From Spirochaetia bacterium (GTDB lineage Bacteria > Spirochaetota > Spirochaetia > SZUA-6 > Bin103), in contig CBDBOV010000004.1 of assembly GCA_965208575.1 (NCBI GenBank), forward strand, positions 1,056,001-1,120,000: a DNA stretch of 64,000 nt, read 5' to 3'. Made by a program: the position numbers and the translations under genes. The notes under the pieces were generated by a model, which saw only the letters and a list, made by a program, of their open reading frames with translations, was not told the origin of the DNA and did not search any database. Of the stretch, positions 61,737 through 64,000 are shown in pieces (positions within the stretch are counted from its first letter, which is position 1; every line of letters begins with the position of its first letter).

Positions 61737-61745
61737 GCGGCTGCG

Positions 61746-62639
61746 ATGGCTCTGCACAGGCGATCCGCGGGCAGCGTGGTGTTCGATACCTGCAACGTGG
61801 CATTCCTCGCGGTGCTGTGCGTCACCATGCTGTATCCGCTCTACTACGTGTTCGTGGCGTCGGTGAGCGAGGGCAACGAGCTGATGGCGCACACCGGTCC
61901 GCTCGCCGCTCCGCTGGGATTCAGCGGCGCCGCCTACCGGCTGGTATTCAACAACCCGCTGGTAGTGCGCGGGTTTGTGAACTCCATTCACCTCGTGGTG
62001 GTCGGCACCACCGTCAACATTCTGCTGACCAGCTTTGCCGCCTACGTGCTGTCGCGCCGCAACGTGTACTGGAAGCCGGTGCTGACGATCATGGCGGTGG
62101 TGACGCTGCTGTTCGAGCGCGGCCTGGTGCCGTTCTACCTGACGGTGCGCGGCCTCGGCCTGCTCAACAGCCACTGGGCGGTGATCCTGGCGTTCGCCAT
62201 CAGCGCCTACAACATGATCATCATGCGCACCTACTTCACCACCATCCCCGACAGCCTGGAGGAGTCGGCCAAGATCGACGGCGCCAACGACTTCACGGTG
62301 CTGTTTCGGATCATCCTGCCGGTGGCCGCGCCGGTGGTCGCCACCATGGTGCTGTTCTACGGCGTCAGCCGCTGGAATGGCTACTTCTACGTGATGATCT
62401 TCCTGCGCGACCGGTTGAAGTTCCCGATCGCGCTCATCCTGCGCGAGATTCTGATCGCCAACTCCGCCGACACCATGATGGCCGGCAGCGACGCCGGCTC
62501 CATGGGCGACCACGAAAACATCGCCGACACCATCAAATTCGCCACCACCGTGGTCGCCACGGTGCCGATCCTGCTGCTCTACCCCTTCCTGCAGAAGTAC
62601 TTCGTCAAGGGCGCCATGATCGGCTCCGTCAAGGGCTGA
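61746..62639 (+). CDS. Carbohydrate ABC transporter permease
   Basis: EESAKIDGAND, YPFLQKYFVKGAMIGSVKG. Confidence 0.92.
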   Translation: MALHRRSAGSVVFDTCNVAFLAVLCVTMLYPLYYVFVASVSEGNELMAHTGPLAAPLGFSGAAYRLVFNNPLVVRGFVNSIHLVVVGTTVNILLTSFAAYVLSRRNVYWKPVLTIMAVVTLLFERGLVPFYLTVRGLGLLNSHWAVILAFAISAYNMIIMRTYFTTIPDSLEESAKIDGANDFTVLFRIILPVAAPVVATMVLFYGVSRWNGYFYVMIFLRDRLKFPIALILREILIANSADTMMAGSDAGSMGDHENIADTIKFATTVVATVPILLLYPFLQKYFVKGAMIGSVKG

Positions 62640-62837
62640 CCCGGCACGCTCGTGCCCTGTTACGCGCGCCGGCAGTTGCGGTGACGCGGACCGGCGAACA
62701 CGCCCGCCACGGCGCCGAACGGGGAGCACTCTCGATCGTTGCCGCCGAACCGATCGGTCTCGACCCGGCTCCCTGAACCAGGCCGATCGCCGCACCAGGC
62801 GCACGGTGGCTGTCACCACCCTGCGCTGGCGAGCCGG

Positions 62838-63173
62838 CTACGACGGTAGCGCCTGGGCCTCGTGCACTTCGATCTCGCAGCCGTCCTCCCAATCCAGGTG
62901 GGGATGGCCCTGCAGCAGCGCGTGCGCCGCTTCCGCGTTCTCTGCCTGCAGAATCGAGTACCCGACCACCTCCTTGTCGCTCGGCGAGCTGCCCGCAGGG
63001 GTGATCTTGCGGCCCACGCCCAGCGGGGCTCCGAGATCCACCAGCCCCTCCCCGCAGCGCTCGGCCCACTTCATCCACGGCTCCATGCCCGCCTTCATCT
63101 GTTCGGGCGTGGCGTCCTTCATCTTTTCGAACGCCGCCGGCGGCGCGTGGTAGATAACGAGATACTTCTTCAT
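62838..63173 (-). CDS. YciI-like / DGPF-domain small protein
   Basis: MKKYLVIY, W..W, LVD.GAPL, GYSILQA, HPHL, IEVHE. Confidence 0.75.
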   Translation of the reverse strand: MKKYLVIYHAPPAAFEKMKDATPEQMKAGMEPWMKWAERCGEGLVDLGAPLGVGRKITPAGSSPSDKEVVGYSILQAENAEAAHALLQGHPHLDWEDGCEIEVHEAQALPS

Positions 63174-63485
63174 CAGGTGCTCCTCAAATCGCGAATACGG
63201 CCGGCGACGCCAACCATGGCCGCAATGTGCGCTTGGTTGACCGAGCGGTCAAGTACCGTCCAGCAAGCATCAGAAAGTCATGGATCGGCGAGCCGCGGCT
63301 CGCAGGGGTGCCCGTGCTTCGCGATCGCGCGGGCGGTGACGAGTAGCGTCGATCCGGCTACCATGCGGCTCCGTAAGCGAGCTGGACAGGATGGCGGCGC
63401 CGCCGGCGACCACGGCCGGCGATTGAATCGAGATACACCCGGCGGCCCGTGGGGAAGCCGGCCCATAGCGGAACAAGGAGGAAGC

Positions 63486-64000
63486 GTGGCGAAGGCGATT
63501 CGGTTTGCAGTGGTGGGACTGGGCAAGGGCAAGGGGCGCTCGGAGGTGTGCCGGCAGACGCCGGGCGCGGAGCTGGCGGCGGTGTGCGACCTATCGGAGG
63601 AGCGCGGGCGGGAGGCGGAGCGCGCCTGGGGGGTGCCGTGGGTTGCCAGCTACGATGAACTGCTCGCCCGCGGCGACGTGGACGCGGTCGGCCTGTGGAC
63701 GCCGAGCGGCTCGCATGCCGGCATGGCGGTACAGGCACTGCGCGCCGGCAAGCACGTGTGCATGACCAAGCCGATGGACATCAGCACCGCGGCGTGCGAC
63801 GCGGCGATCCACGAGGCGGAGTCGCGCGGGCTGCTGCTGGCGGTCGACTTCGAGCAGCGCTTCCGGCCGCACAATCAGCGCGTCAAGGCCGCGCTCGACG
63901 CCGGCGCGATCGGCGCCCTGCTGATCGCCGACCTGCGCATGAAGTGGTACCGGGCGCAGTCCTACTACGACTCCGGCGATCCGGTGAGCTGGCGCAGCCG
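63486..64000 (+). CDS. Gfo/Idh/MocA oxidoreductase, runs off the window (absent from the ORF track)
   Basis: AAGGAGG RBS, GTG start, IRFAVVGLG, AVCD, TPSGSH, AGKHVCMTKPM. Confidence 0.85.
   Translation, partial: MAKAIRFAVVGLGKGKGRSEVCRQTPGAELAAVCDLSEERGREAERAWGVPWVASYDELLARGDVDAVGLWTPSGSHAGMAVQALRAGKHVCMTKPMDISTAACDAAIHEAESRGLLLAVDFEQRFRPHNQRVKAALDAGAIGALLIADLRMKWYRAQSYYDSGDPVSWRS

Overview
GC-rich bacterial chromosomal window. A Spirochaetota-like, possibly host- or sponge-associated organism is inferred from the SBP signal peptides, PhyH paralogues, an Fn3 lipoprotein and an AAA/PD-(D/E)XK gene; this is not proven. Housekeeping and metabolic content: mfd, MrfA/MrfB-like helicase-exonuclease pair, metK, murA, tRNA-Gln(CTG), three ABC import clusters and several oxidoreductases. 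Accessory content: a complete IS1634 (TSD CTTAAG); a Gabija-type OLD nuclease + UvrD pair; a Schlafen(AlbA_2)-HATPase + ParA operon; a 3.8 kb composite element (TSD GGGCG) whose left end also appears at positions 1-80; and a fully delimited 3571 bp four-gene transposon (Zn-ribbon protein, DDE transposase, AAA+ ATPase, small unknown ORF; TGT...ACA ends, TSD CAGT) inserted in the AAA/PD-(D/E)XK gene. One PhyH-family enzyme has HxG instead of HxD, the halogenase-type motif. No CRISPR array, rRNA or reverse transcriptase was seen. Family assignments come from motif recognition by eye, not database searches.
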